Positions 46,794 through 57,171 of a stretch of DNA of 64,000 nt are shown here, in pieces. This stretch comes from an uncultured Acidobacteriaceae bacterium. Lineage in GTDB: Bacteria; Acidobacteriota; Terriglobia; Terriglobales; Acidobacteriaceae. The stretch lies in contig CAXTBI010000007.1 in NCBI GenBank assembly GCA_964242195.1, positions 6 through 64,005 of the forward strand, in the 5' to 3' direction. The translations under genes and the position numbers were made by a program. The notes beneath the pieces are model-generated. The model saw only the letters and a program-made list of their open reading frames with translations. It searched no databases and had not been told where the DNA came from. Positions within the stretch are counted from its first letter, which is position 1; each line of letters begins with the position of its first letter.

Positions 46794-48012
46794 GTTTATA
46801 ACCGGCGGCCGTCAATGCGACCAGGAGCTCTTCCACCTGTTCGCGCCCACGGGTTTCCATCGTGATATCGATCACCGTATCGCCGAGGTTGACACCGTAG
46901 TAAGCCCGATTGTGCAGCGTGTCGACGATGTTGGCGCGGTGTTGCGAGATAATCTGCGTGAGATCGGCAAGGGCGCCGGGACGATCGAGCAAATGGATGC
47001 GCAGGCGGATCAGGCGGCCATCCTGCACAAGGCCGCGTTCGATAATGCGGCTGAGCAGCGTAACGTCGATATTGCCACCGCACACCAGCACGCCTGTTCT
47101 GGTATACGCCGGCAAACCCGTACGGCGTTGCAGCACCGCAGCCAGAGCGGCGGCGCCGGCACCTTCGGCGAGGGTCTTTTCGCGTTCGAGCAGGATAAGG
47201 ATGGCGCTGGCAATCTCATCCTCATCGACGGTAACGATCTCGTCGACGTACTTCTTGACTAACGGAAAGGTGGCATCCCCGGCGCGGCGCACGGCGATGC
47301 CATCGGCGATGGTGGTGGCCGGTTCCACGGTGGCGGGGTGGCCTTCGCGGAGCGCGCGCTGCATGCTGGGCAGCCGCGAAGTTTGCACGCCGATCACCCG
47401 CACCTCGGGCCGCACCGACTTGATGGCGCAACCGATGCCCCCGATCAGGCCACCACCGCCGACTGGCACAACCACGGCTTCCAAACCTTCGATCTGCTCC
47501 AGCATTTCAAGGCCGATGGTGCCCTGCCCGGCGATGACGAGCGGGTCGTCGAATGGGTGGATGAAGATGGTGCCTTCGGCTTCGGAGCGGCGGGTCGCTT
47601 CCTTGCAGGCCTCGTCGTAGTTGGCACCGAACAGGATGACCTCGGCACCGAATCCGCGTGTGGCTTGCACCTTCACCAGCGGCGTCGCAAGAGGCATCAC
47701 GATGACGGAGCGAATGCCGCGCCGGGTCGCATGGTAGGCCACGCCCTGCGCATGGTTGCCGGCAGACGCCGCGACGACGCCACGTGCGGCTTGCTCCGGG
47801 GTGAGCATCGCAATGCGGTTCAGGGCGCCGCGCTCCTTGAATGAACCCGTCATTTGCAGGTTTTCAAGCTTCAGGAAGACATTTTGCCCGGTTGCCTGCG
47901 AAAGGGTCTCAGAGCGTGAACAAGGGGTTTTGTAGATCGACCCATGGAGCCGCTCACGAGCCGCCTGGATATCGGCGAGTGAGATGGCGAGACCGGAGGC
48001 GGACTGAAGCAT
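46777..48012 (-). CDS. ilvA: Threonine ammonia-lyase with C-terminal ACT domain
   Basis: KLENLQMTGSFKERGA; ASAGNHAQG; VGGGGL; ADGIAV; DRPGAL ACT domain. Confidence 0.9.
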   Translation of the reverse strand: MLQSASGLAISLADIQAARERLHGSIYKTPCSRSETLSQATGQNVFLKLENLQMTGSFKERGALNRIAMLTPEQAARGVVAASAGNHAQGVAYHATRRGIRSVIVMPLATPLVKVQATRGFGAEVILFGANYDEACKEATRRSEAEGTIFIHPFDDPLVIAGQGTIGLEMLEQIEGLEAVVVPVGGGGLIGGIGCAIKSVRPEVRVIGVQTSRLPSMQRALREGHPATVEPATTIADGIAVRRAGDATFPLVKKYVDEIVTVDEDEIASAILILLEREKTLAEGAGAAALAAVLQRRTGLPAYTRTGVLVCGGNIDVTLLSRIIERGLVQDGRLIRLRIHLLDRPGALADLTQIISQHRANIVDTLHNRAYYGVNLGDTVIDITMETRGREQVEELLVALTAAGYKHSRVL

Positions 48013-48092
48013 CGTTCTATGGTGTCACGGACGCGGGTGCCTCGGGGGTGTCACAGACGGCAGCAGGATGTCTCGGTGGAGTTGCCGTAAAG

Positions 48093-50759
48093 CTAGCGGG
48101 AGGCGGTCGCGGCTTCGCGGGTGATCTCCACGGTACCCGTGAGTGGAAGCGAAGCCACCGAATCCCCCACGGAAACCGTGAACCGGCCCGGATCGATCGT
48201 CCACCGTTTGCCTTTTACATCCCAATACGCGAACGAGCGCGGGTCCAGGGGAACGGTCATGTGCACGGTTTCGCCCGGCGCGAGCACGGCACGTTCAAAG
48301 CCCTTCAGCTCATGTTTCGGGCGCGGCAGCGGGGCGTGCGTGTCGGTGATGTACACCTGCGCGACCTCTGCGCCGGGGCGGGAGCCGGTGTTGGTGACGT
48401 CGAAGGTCGCCGTTGCCAGAACCGGTTGGCTCGCAGTACCGCCGTCGCGTCCTTCCTTTACAACGTTCAAGTTGCTGAAACGGAAGGTGGTGTAGGACAT
48501 CCCAAAACCGAAGGGAAACAGCGGCGTCACCTTGTTTTGTTCATAGCCGCGATAGCCGACGAAGATGCCTTCCCTGTAGAAAATCTTGTTTGCGTCGGGG
48601 CCGGCATCGGTCGGTGGATAGTAGTTGGCGAAAGTGGGGTTGTCCTCGGCGCGGCGCTCAAACGTGGCGGGCAGATGACCGGAGGGGTTCACGTCGCCGA
48701 AGAGAATTTCGGCAAGCGCCTGTCCGCCGGCCTGGCCGCCGTACCAGCCTTCGACGAGCGCGGGGACCTTCGCAATCCAGCGGGTGGAATCGACATTGCC
48801 GCCGGAGGTGACCGTGACGATCGTCCTGGGATTGGCGGCGGCCATGGCTTCGATCAGGGCGTCCTGGCCGTACGGCAGATCGAAGGTACGATCGCCGCCC
48901 TCGCTTTCACTGGTGACATCGCGGTTTGCGCCGAAGCCGGCCCCGACGATGACGACGTCGGCCTCCGCGGCGAGTTGCTTTGCGCGCTCATTGACCACCT
49001 GCGCCTCCGGCAAAATCGCTAAACGCAGCTTCCCGCCAAGGGCGCCACTTTGCCAGGATTCAACGACAACCTTGTGCATGCCGGCGCTTAGCGGCATGGT
49101 CACGTGCGGTTCGAAGGCGCGGGCAAGCCGCCAGTCGTCGAGGATCAGCTTGTCGTCAAGGAAAACACGGTCTCCGTTGCGTTCGCCCGAGCCCGCAAGC
49201 GCGACGAGGTAACTGCCGGCAGCCGGCACGTTGTAATACCCGGTGTAGCGGCGAGAAAAGCCATTCTGCGCCGAGGGGAACAGAGCCGCGAGGGTGTCTG
49301 GACTGCCGGGTACCGCGTCCCATCCACGGCCGGTCTCGTTGATGTGCCGGGCGTTGGATTGCCGCGCCGGGCCACTGAGTTCCTCCCCGGCAAACAGCTC
49401 CAGCTTCAGGCCGGGCTGGCCGCCTTCCGGCTCTGTGGTGTACACCGTGCGGCCCGCCAGGTCGCTCAACGTGGGCAGGCCGGGGTCGTAGAGCACGGTG
49501 GCGCCGGGGGCAACGTTGGACACGCCCTCCAGCAGGCTGATGGTGTGGAACGGCATCACCGCCGCACTGCCGCCACCGACGGGGAAACCGGGATAGGCGT
49601 CGGGGCCGACGACCAGCACCGTTTTCACACGGGCTTTCTCGAGCGGGAGCAGATTGTTCGCGTTCTGCAGCAGCACCGCGGACTCGCGGGCCGAGCGCAA
49701 CGCGATGCGATTGCTCTCCGCGTCGTAAAGCGAAATAGCCGGATCGCGCTGCTCGCGGTCCAGCCAGCCAAACATGGCGGCGGTGTCGAGAATGTGCCGC
49801 ACCTTTTCGTCGAGGGTGGCCACCTTGACAGCGCCAGACTGAAGGGCGGGGGTCAAGTTGGCGGCGTTCATGAATTTGCCGGTGGGCATTTCCAGATCGA
49901 GCCCGCCATTGGCTGCGCCGACCGCGTCATAGGTGGCGTCCCAATCCGACATCAGCGTGCCCTCGAAGCCCCATTCACGCCGCAGGACATCGATGTTCAG
50001 GAAGGTATTTTGGGTGGCGTGCTCGCCGTTGATCAGGTTGTAGCTGTCCATCACGGCGCCGACATGACCGCGCTTGACGGCTGCTTCGAAGGCGGGGAGA
50101 TAGATTTCGCGCAGCGCCCGTTCACCGACGACGGAGTCTGAATCGTGGCGCAGAAACTCGGAGTTGTTGGCGTCAAAATGCTTGATCGTGGCGCTGACCC
50201 CCTGGGTTTGCAGGCCCGTTATGTAGCGGACGACCATCTCGCCCGCAAGGTACGGATCTTCGCCAAAATACTCGAAATTGCGCCCATTGCGTGGAGATTT
50301 GTAGATGTTGGTGCCGGGTCCGAGCTGGTAATCGATGCCCCGCGCGCGCCCATCCCGGCCGATGCTTTCGCCGACCTTGAGGGCAAGGTCGCGATCCCAT
50401 GTGGCGGCAAGACCGATGCCGCCGGCGTAGGTGGTCGAGGGCAGGCCGCTGTTGGAGCGGACGCCGACGGGGCCGTCCGACATTTCGAACGTGGGCAGGT
50501 GCAGCGCCGGCATCGCGCGGACCGCAAAGCCGGTGCCGCCGATGTAGGCCAGTTTTTCTTCAAGCGTCATGCGCGCGACAATGGCGTCCACGCGGGTGCG
50601 GTCCGCCGGCGTGAGCGCGTGCGGGGACTGCGCGGGCGCAACCGGAACCGTGGCCAAAACGGCAGCCGCCGCAAATCCTGCGAGTACGGTGCGCAGAAGG
50701 CTGGGGCGGTTAGAAGACCAGGAACTGCGGGGGTCGAAAAGATCGCGAAACAAAGGCAC
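48093..50759 (-). CDS. GH3 beta-glucosidase with PA14 insertion and Fn3-like C-terminus, secreted
   Basis: DGPVGVR; GRNFEYFGEDP; IKHF; nucleophile MSDW; SEGGDR; YREGIFVGYR; FPFGFGMSYT. Confidence 0.95.
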   Translation of the reverse strand: MPLFRDLFDPRSSWSSNRPSLLRTVLAGFAAAAVLATVPVAPAQSPHALTPADRTRVDAIVARMTLEEKLAYIGGTGFAVRAMPALHLPTFEMSDGPVGVRSNSGLPSTTYAGGIGLAATWDRDLALKVGESIGRDGRARGIDYQLGPGTNIYKSPRNGRNFEYFGEDPYLAGEMVVRYITGLQTQGVSATIKHFDANNSEFLRHDSDSVVGERALREIYLPAFEAAVKRGHVGAVMDSYNLINGEHATQNTFLNIDVLRREWGFEGTLMSDWDATYDAVGAANGGLDLEMPTGKFMNAANLTPALQSGAVKVATLDEKVRHILDTAAMFGWLDREQRDPAISLYDAESNRIALRSARESAVLLQNANNLLPLEKARVKTVLVVGPDAYPGFPVGGGSAAVMPFHTISLLEGVSNVAPGATVLYDPGLPTLSDLAGRTVYTTEPEGGQPGLKLELFAGEELSGPARQSNARHINETGRGWDAVPGSPDTLAALFPSAQNGFSRRYTGYYNVPAAGSYLVALAGSGERNGDRVFLDDKLILDDWRLARAFEPHVTMPLSAGMHKVVVESWQSGALGGKLRLAILPEAQVVNERAKQLAAEADVVIVGAGFGANRDVTSESEGGDRTFDLPYGQDALIEAMAAANPRTIVTVTSGGNVDSTRWIAKVPALVEGWYGGQAGGQALAEILFGDVNPSGHLPATFERRAEDNPTFANYYPPTDAGPDANKIFYREGIFVGYRGYEQNKVTPLFPFGFGMSYTTFRFSNLNVVKEGRDGGTASQPVLATATFDVTNTGSRPGAEVAQVYITDTHAPLPRPKHELKGFERAVLAPGETVHMTVPLDPRSFAYWDVKGKRWTIDPGRFTVSVGDSVASLPLTGTVEITREAATASR

Positions 50760-50834
50760 AGGCGAACCTCACACGGGCGTGCGCCACCCAGTTGAACACG
50801 TTCGTGGCGCCCAGGGCTTCGGGTGCCAGCCAGT

Positions 50835-51074
50835 CTAGACAGCTTTTCGCTGGAAGCTTACTTTTTTCGTGCCGGCCAGGGTTTTGGCTTTGAACGAAGC
50901 CGCCGATGCGCCGGGTACCGGCTTTGCGCCGCTCTTGCCCTGGGCTGCCTTTTCGCGCAGGTTCTGCAGCTTCTGCGCCGCCGGGCTGAGGCCGCCTACC
51001 TTGATGCCGGGCCTGGGTGCCGCGGCTTTGGGAGTTCCGGGTTTGCCGCCGGGTTGGGGAATTGCATCGCTCAT
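50835..51074 (-). CDS. Small basic hypothetical protein
   Basis: 79 aa, K/A/P/G-rich, with a strong RBS (GAGGAG) 5 nt upstream. Confidence 0.6.
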   Translation of the reverse strand: MSDAIPQPGGKPGTPKAAAPRPGIKVGGLSPAAQKLQNLREKAAQGKSGAKPVPGASAASFKAKTLAGTKKVSFQRKAV

Positions 51075-51091
51075 AAAAGACTCCTCTTACC

Positions 51092-51128
51092 TTAGAGGCT
51101 ACTTGAAATTTAGAGGCTACTTGAAATC
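51092..51128. repeat. 18-bp tandem duplication
   Basis: TTAGAGGCTACTTGAAAT occurs twice. Confidence 0.85.
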
Positions 51129-51152
51129 GAGGCAGCATACACCTGGCGGGGG

Positions 51153-52301
51153 CTATCCGGCTTTGGTGAACCGGGTCTCGTGTTTTTCCGCATGCCGCTC
51201 CAGGGCAAGGGCGATCAGCCGGTCGATCAGATCGACGTAGGGCACACCCGAGGCGTCCCAAAGCTTGGGGTACATGCTGATGGAGGTGAAACCGGGCATG
51301 GTGTTGATCTCGTTCAGCAGGATTTCCGCGGGTCCGCCCTCGAGACCGGGAGCCATCAGAAAATCCACGCGCGCCAGACCGGCGCAATCGCAGGCGCGAA
51401 ACGCTGCGAGGGCCATGGAACGAATGCGTTCCTTTTCGCTTGCGAGAAGCTCGGCTGGAATGATGGAAACGCTTTCGTCGGCGCCACCGAGCTCATATTT
51501 CGCTTCGTAATCGTAAAACTCTTTCGCGGGTACGATTTCACCGATCACGGAGGCCTGCGGGTCATCATTGCCAAGGATGGCGATTTCCAGCTCGCGCGGC
51601 TTCACGCCGGGCCCGCCGACGCCTTCTTCGACGATCAATTTGCGGTCGAAACCCGCCGCGAGGTTCATCGCCGGGGAAAGCTCAGACCGGTCGTGCACCT
51701 TGCTGATGCCCACGGAGGAGCCCAGGTTTGCGGGTTTCACAAAAAGCGGGTATCGCAGGGCCCCTTCGATTTTTGCGGTTGCCGCGGCCGGGTCTCCGCG
51801 CCATTCCGAGCGCAAAACGGTGAGAAAGGGCGTTTGCGGCAGATTTGCGGAGCTGAACAGGCGCTTCATGGCGTCCTTGTCCATGCCGGCCGCGGAGCCC
51901 AGCACGCCGGAGCCGACATAGGCTACATCGGCGAGCTCGAACAGGCCCTGCACGGTGCCGTCCTCGCCAAAGGTGCCGTGCAGCACGGGAAAGACCACGT
52001 CTACCGACGTCCCGGAACCGGGGTCGGCAGCGGTGGAGGCGAGCGTCAGCACGCCATCGCTCCCCTCGGCGGCCGGGTGACCGAGGGGAGCGGCGGTTCC
52101 ACCCGAGAGCAGGGCCTTTGAAGCGGATGCCGGGAGCCACCGGCCGGTTTGACTGATGCCGAGCTCAAGCACGGTGTAGCGGCTGCGATCGATGGCCTGC
52201 AGGATGGAGACGGCGGAGCGGAGCGAAATTTCATGCTCGCCGCTTTTGCCGCCAAACAGGATGCCGACCCGTATTTTTTCAGAAGGGGACCGATCGCTCA
52301 T
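51153..52301 (-). CDS. ddl: D-alanine--D-alanine ligase
   Basis: FGGKSGEHEIS; VLHGTFGEDG; KPANLGSSVG; FYDYEAKY; NEINTMPGFT. Confidence 0.96.
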   Translation of the reverse strand: MSDRSPSEKIRVGILFGGKSGEHEISLRSAVSILQAIDRSRYTVLELGISQTGRWLPASASKALLSGGTAAPLGHPAAEGSDGVLTLASTAADPGSGTSVDVVFPVLHGTFGEDGTVQGLFELADVAYVGSGVLGSAAGMDKDAMKRLFSSANLPQTPFLTVLRSEWRGDPAAATAKIEGALRYPLFVKPANLGSSVGISKVHDRSELSPAMNLAAGFDRKLIVEEGVGGPGVKPRELEIAILGNDDPQASVIGEIVPAKEFYDYEAKYELGGADESVSIIPAELLASEKERIRSMALAAFRACDCAGLARVDFLMAPGLEGGPAEILLNEINTMPGFTSISMYPKLWDASGVPYVDLIDRLIALALERHAEKHETRFTKAG

Positions 52302-52632
52302 ACGACGTGTTTCCAGTGTGCTCCTTCCACCGGCACGCTGGGTGAAAGGACGCGTCCAGGGAACCTCGCAGGGCACATGGAGGCTTGGCTGCCCAGCCTC
52401 TCTTAGCCGAAGCTTGCTTCCCGGTAGGACGTCGGTCCATGGCCTGCATGTCGATGCACGACCGATGCCCAAAGCCGGATTTCGAGGCGTAGGGCCAAAC
52501 CGGAGGGAACGCAGAGGCTGGGCCTCAGGCTGCATGCGCGTGGGCAGCATGGATCGGCGAAGATGTTGCCCTGAGCAACATCGGCCTTCTATGCCGATTG
52601 CAGCAGGGAGGGCACCTCTGCATGATCGAAGG

Positions 52633-53232
52633 ATGAATCTACGTCCGGAGTTGGCAGGCGACGATCCGATTGCGCTTTTCCGGGATTGGCTGAACCAGGC
52701 TGAAGCAACCGAACTCAATGACCCGGTGGCCGCGGCCCTGGCCACCGCTACGCCGGACGGCTCACCGAATGTGCGCATGGTCCTTGTGAAACGTGCCGAC
52801 CAGCGCGGGTTCAGCTTTTTCACCAACGCGGAAAGTCTGAAAGGCCATGAACTGGACGAAAATCCTAAAGCCGCGCTGTGCTTTCACTGGAAGTCGCTGC
52901 GGCGGCAGGTGCGCGTACGGGGCGAGGTGACCGTTTTGCCGAACTACGAGGTGGACGCGTACTTTCACAGCCGCTCGCGCCGAAGCCAGATCGGCGCCGC
53001 CGTTTCCCTGCAGAGCCGACCGCTGCCGGACCGCGCCGTGTTGGAACAGGCCGTGGCCAGGTTTACGGAGGAGCACGCGGAGGGTGACATCCCACGGCCG
53101 GATTTCTGGCGCGGCTACCTGATTCATCCCCAAACGATTGAGTTCTGGCTCGACGGCCCGGACCGCCTGCATGACCGTCGTTCGTTCACAGCAAGCGAAA
53201 CGGGTTGGTCGACGACGCTGCTTTACCCGTAG
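52633..53232 (+). CDS. pdxH: Pyridoxine/pyridoxamine 5'-phosphate oxidase
   Basis: ALATA; RMVLVK; RQVRVRG; YFHSR; EFW...RLHDR; LYP end. Confidence 0.96.
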   Translation: MNLRPELAGDDPIALFRDWLNQAEATELNDPVAAALATATPDGSPNVRMVLVKRADQRGFSFFTNAESLKGHELDENPKAALCFHWKSLRRQVRVRGEVTVLPNYEVDAYFHSRSRRSQIGAAVSLQSRPLPDRAVLEQAVARFTEEHAEGDIPRPDFWRGYLIHPQTIEFWLDGPDRLHDRRSFTASETGWSTTLLYP

Positions 53233-53563
53233 ACGCTCCTTGCGGAGGTCCCTGGCGCCGGGCGGGAAAGGTTGCCCGGACCGAGCAGGAGCGATTCGGC
53301 GGGCGCGACGGGTGACGGGGATCTGCGCGGATGCCTGTTTCTTCTTGGACCGGCCACCGGCAAGTAGCTGCCGTTGGGTCCCGTGCGCTCAGGGTGTTGC
53401 CGTCCCGCATCTGCGCTACCACTATTGGGCCTTGACAAGGTCCAGTGCGCTCAATCAGTATCGAAGCCTGCTCCCATCGATCGCGATATGGACGTTGTCT
53501 TGGGAGCGCAAACGCTGGTGAGTTCAACAGCAAAACTTAGGCTCGATGTGCTTTGGAGGCATC

Positions 53564-56500
53564 ATGAAGTTTTTCAAGACCGCAGCCGCAGGTGTTTCCC
53601 TGGCTGCTATCTCCCTGTTTCTCCCCCACGCCGGGTTCGGACAAGCGACGAACTCCGGCGACATCCGGGGTACGGTCACCGACCCCACGGGAGCGTTGGT
53701 CCCGGGCGTCACGGTAACGGTAGTGAACGTAAACACCGGCATCACCAAGGTCTTGACCACAAATTCCGACGGCCTTTACGACACGTCGTCCATCGTCGTC
53801 GGCACCTATAGCGTGACGTTCGAGGCCCCGGGCTTCACAAAGTTCTCACGCCCGCACATTTCGCTTCCGGTCGGTACCTCCACCGTAAACGCCGTGCTCC
53901 AGATTGGATCGACCAACCAGGAAGTCGTGGTGAACTCCGACATTCCGCTGCTGGAGACGGAATCCGGGTCACAATCGACGACACTTGAAGCACGGTCCAT
54001 GCAGGCGCTGCCGAATGTCGGGCAGGATTGGCAGAGTTTTGCGATATTGATTCCCGGCTCGTCAGGTGTAGCCGGTGGTGTAAACCCAGGACAACAAATT
54101 TCTGCAAATGGCAACCTGCCGTATAGCAACGTGCTGTCCGACGGTGCGTCGGTCACCCTCGGCACCAGCGCCAACGCGGACGTCAACGTCTTTGAAACAG
54201 TGCAGGAGGTGCAGATTTCTACTTCTGCCTTCTCCGCCCAGTACGGCATCGGCGGCATCATTTTCAATCAGATCACAAAAGGCGGCACAGACCAATTCCA
54301 TGGCTCCGCCTACGAGTACTTCCAAAGCAGTCAGTTCAACGCCAATAGCTATCAGTTCGGTGGACAGGCCAAACCGCTCGGGTTCTTACGCTTCAACAAT
54401 TTCGGCGCTTCCATTGGAGGACCGATTGCCATACCTCACACCGGTTTGCGAAAAAGGGCATTCTTCTACTTTGATTATGACCAGATCATCAGTCACGGCT
54501 CGGCTACCGGTCAAAACGACGTTCCAACGGTAGACGTACTGAATGGGAACTTCACTGGTGCGGGGATGTACCCGATCTACGACCCTACGACGCAGGTGCT
54601 CGCGACCGACTCTGCCGGCAAGCAGTATCCCATTCGTAAATCCTTTGCCAGCGAGTACGGTTCTAACATTATTCCCGCCGCACTCTTTGACAAAGTATCT
54701 GCAAATTTCAAGAACTTCTTCCCGACGCCGACCAGCCAGATCGCGGGGGGACATTTCCAGACTGGAACGCCCAGTGGCTTCGGTACACAGCGTGCCAATT
54801 ACTATGCACAGGTACCGCAGTCGAATCCGGAAAAACGCTACTTCGGCCGGATCGACTACAATATCAATACGAAGAACCGCCTGACGTATTCCATGACGCA
54901 GGGAGACACTCCGGCCTTCGGGCCGTCGACGCTTGCCCCCCCTCCTGTCGGAACGTCCAGCGCCGACGTTACGCGCCTCAATATGCAGGTAACCGACGTT
55001 TGGACGATAAGTCCGCATCTGGTGAACGAGGCCCGCTTCGGGTTCACCTACCAGGGAAACTTCTTCGGTGACGGTACGCTGGGCAAGGGCTATCCGGCGC
55101 AGTTAGGCTGGCAATTCGCCAAGGCCGATGAAATCCCTGGAGTTCAATTCCAACGAAATTATTCCTACGCTTGGATTCAGCCCTCCGGTAACCAGTTCAT
55201 CTACAAAGAGAATGTATTCGATCCGTCCGATGTCGTCACCTTCATAAAAGGCAAGCACGTTCTCCACTTCGGCGGCGAAGTAGGCATCTACCGCAATGAC
55301 AACACGCCCTATGCCGCAATCAATCCCGGAACTTTGGTATTCAACGGCGTTTACACGCAACACTGGACGGTGAGTCCACAGGACGGCATTGCGCGGCCTG
55401 ATGGAAACACCGGTATCGAGTTCGCCGATTTCCTTTTGGGCGACGCGCAGAACTGGAGCGCTCAAAACGCCGGCGAGTATGGTGCACGTCTGAAGACCCC
55501 CCAGGTATTCATCCAGGACGACTATAAGGTGCGCCCGAACTTGACCCTGAACCTCGGTGTACGCTATCAGGTTCGCTTGGGGATTAGCGAGGTGAAAGGG
55601 AACGTAGGCACTTACGATCCCACCGTTCTGAATCCGGCAAACAATACCCTGGGTGCTTTCTGGTATGGGGCAACGCACGCCAACGGAAGGAACAACCTGC
55701 AGGACAATAAGTTCACCACGGTTCTTCCCCGAGTTGGTTTCTCTTACCTGCCGCATCCCAGCATGACCATCCGCGGTGGATTTGGTATGTACGCTTATAA
55801 CCTGAGCCTCGATACCTATGGGACGGGAGGGGGCATGAGCGCCCTTGGCAACGTAACCACATACTCAGGGAACTATAACGATCCGACAAGTGGAGTAATC
55901 CCTGGTATCAAATTTGATGGTACGGGCACAGCCAATCTAACCGGGGCACCTCTCCCCTTTGTCTCACCGGGCACCAGTCCTACCCGATTCAATGGTCAAA
56001 CTGTGCAATACGTGCAGCACAACACGCCTGATCCTGAGATTTACCAGTACAACCTTGGGATCCAGCAGGCATTTGGCAGCAACACAGTGTTCAACATGTC
56101 GTACGTTGGAAGTCATGGCTATCACCTCAATTTCCAGACGGATCTAAACCAGGTTCCTACAGCCCAACTATCCTCCCCTAACCGAGCTCGTCCCAATCCG
56201 AACTACAACTCAATTCTTGGCAGTACCAATGACACGATCTCAAACTATAACTCCCTGCAGACCGAGGTGAATCGTCGCCTTTCCCGCGGATTAAGTTTAG
56301 ATTTCAGCTATACGTGGTCTCATTTCATGGACGATCAGGACTCTTCCGGTTTCGGCGGTCGCTCCGGCCCAATCTCCCGACAATACGCAGATGCAGCTTC
56401 CAATTACAGCAACTCCAACTTCGATGTTCGCAATGCTTTCAAAGGCCGCATCGTTTACGAGGTGCCCATTGGACGCGGACGGCAATTCTTCAATCATAAT

Positions 56501-57049
56501 TATCTAGTGGATGCCGTGCTGGGCGGCTATCAAGTTTCAAGCACCCTACAGATACAGAGCGGCAACCCCTTCACGGTTTTCGCATATAACTCGAATTCGA
56601 ATGCCGAGCCGGGTAGCAGCAGTACACCTTTCCCTAACTACTCGGGTGCACCTCTAACGCTTGCGGGCGGGCACACCAATCAGCAGTGGTTCAATCCAGC
56701 CGCTTTCACCCTACCGGCGGATGGTACCTTTGGAAATGTTAGGCGCAATTCGTTATACGGTCCGGGGCTCGAATACGTCAATATCTCCGCAGGCAAACGG
56801 TTCTCTATCTATGAAAATGTGAAGCTACAGATTCGCCTTGATGCGACAAATGCATTCAATCACCCCAGCTTTGCCAATCCAAACGGAAATCTGGTACCGT
56901 TCTCAATTCCGGCAACAGCGACAACCCCAAAAATAGATCAGCAACCCGGTCAGGCTTATACACAGGCTGGGGCGAGTAATGGAATCCTGATCAACGGAGT
57001 CACCGTGGGTGGACGTAATTTGCAGGGCGGGCTCCGTCTGGAGTTCTAA
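53564..57049 (+). CDS. TonB-dependent receptor with carboxypeptidase-regulatory N-domain (Oar-like)
   Basis: GTVTDPTGA; FSAQYG; TKGGTDQFHGSAYEY; FIQDDYK; TLNLGVRY; C-terminal LRLEF. Confidence 0.93.
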   Translation: MKFFKTAAAGVSLAAISLFLPHAGFGQATNSGDIRGTVTDPTGALVPGVTVTVVNVNTGITKVLTTNSDGLYDTSSIVVGTYSVTFEAPGFTKFSRPHISLPVGTSTVNAVLQIGSTNQEVVVNSDIPLLETESGSQSTTLEARSMQALPNVGQDWQSFAILIPGSSGVAGGVNPGQQISANGNLPYSNVLSDGASVTLGTSANADVNVFETVQEVQISTSAFSAQYGIGGIIFNQITKGGTDQFHGSAYEYFQSSQFNANSYQFGGQAKPLGFLRFNNFGASIGGPIAIPHTGLRKRAFFYFDYDQIISHGSATGQNDVPTVDVLNGNFTGAGMYPIYDPTTQVLATDSAGKQYPIRKSFASEYGSNIIPAALFDKVSANFKNFFPTPTSQIAGGHFQTGTPSGFGTQRANYYAQVPQSNPEKRYFGRIDYNINTKNRLTYSMTQGDTPAFGPSTLAPPPVGTSSADVTRLNMQVTDVWTISPHLVNEARFGFTYQGNFFGDGTLGKGYPAQLGWQFAKADEIPGVQFQRNYSYAWIQPSGNQFIYKENVFDPSDVVTFIKGKHVLHFGGEVGIYRNDNTPYAAINPGTLVFNGVYTQHWTVSPQDGIARPDGNTGIEFADFLLGDAQNWSAQNAGEYGARLKTPQVFIQDDYKVRPNLTLNLGVRYQVRLGISEVKGNVGTYDPTVLNPANNTLGAFWYGATHANGRNNLQDNKFTTVLPRVGFSYLPHPSMTIRGGFGMYAYNLSLDTYGTGGGMSALGNVTTYSGNYNDPTSGVIPGIKFDGTGTANLTGAPLPFVSPGTSPTRFNGQTVQYVQHNTPDPEIYQYNLGIQQAFGSNTVFNMSYVGSHGYHLNFQTDLNQVPTAQLSSPNRARPNPNYNSILGSTNDTISNYNSLQTEVNRRLSRGLSLDFSYTWSHFMDDQDSSGFGGRSGPISRQYADAASNYSNSNFDVRNAFKGRIVYEVPIGRGRQFFNHNYLVDAVLGGYQVSSTLQIQSGNPFTVFAYNSNSNAEPGSSSTPFPNYSGAPLTLAGGHTNQQWFNPAAFTLPADGTFGNVRRNSLYGPGLEYVNISAGKRFSIYENVKLQIRLDATNAFNHPSFANPNGNLVPFSIPATATTPKIDQQPGQAYTQAGASNGILINGVTVGGRNLQGGLRLEF

Positions 57050-57171
57050 CCTTCAACCGTGAATGGAGCGGACGGCGGTTGTCTCGTCGTCCGCGTTCAC
57101 TTTGACCCGATTGTCGATCCTTGCTGCGGGCCTTCGGCAAGGGCCCCCTTGGATTCAGTTAGTCTTTAGTT

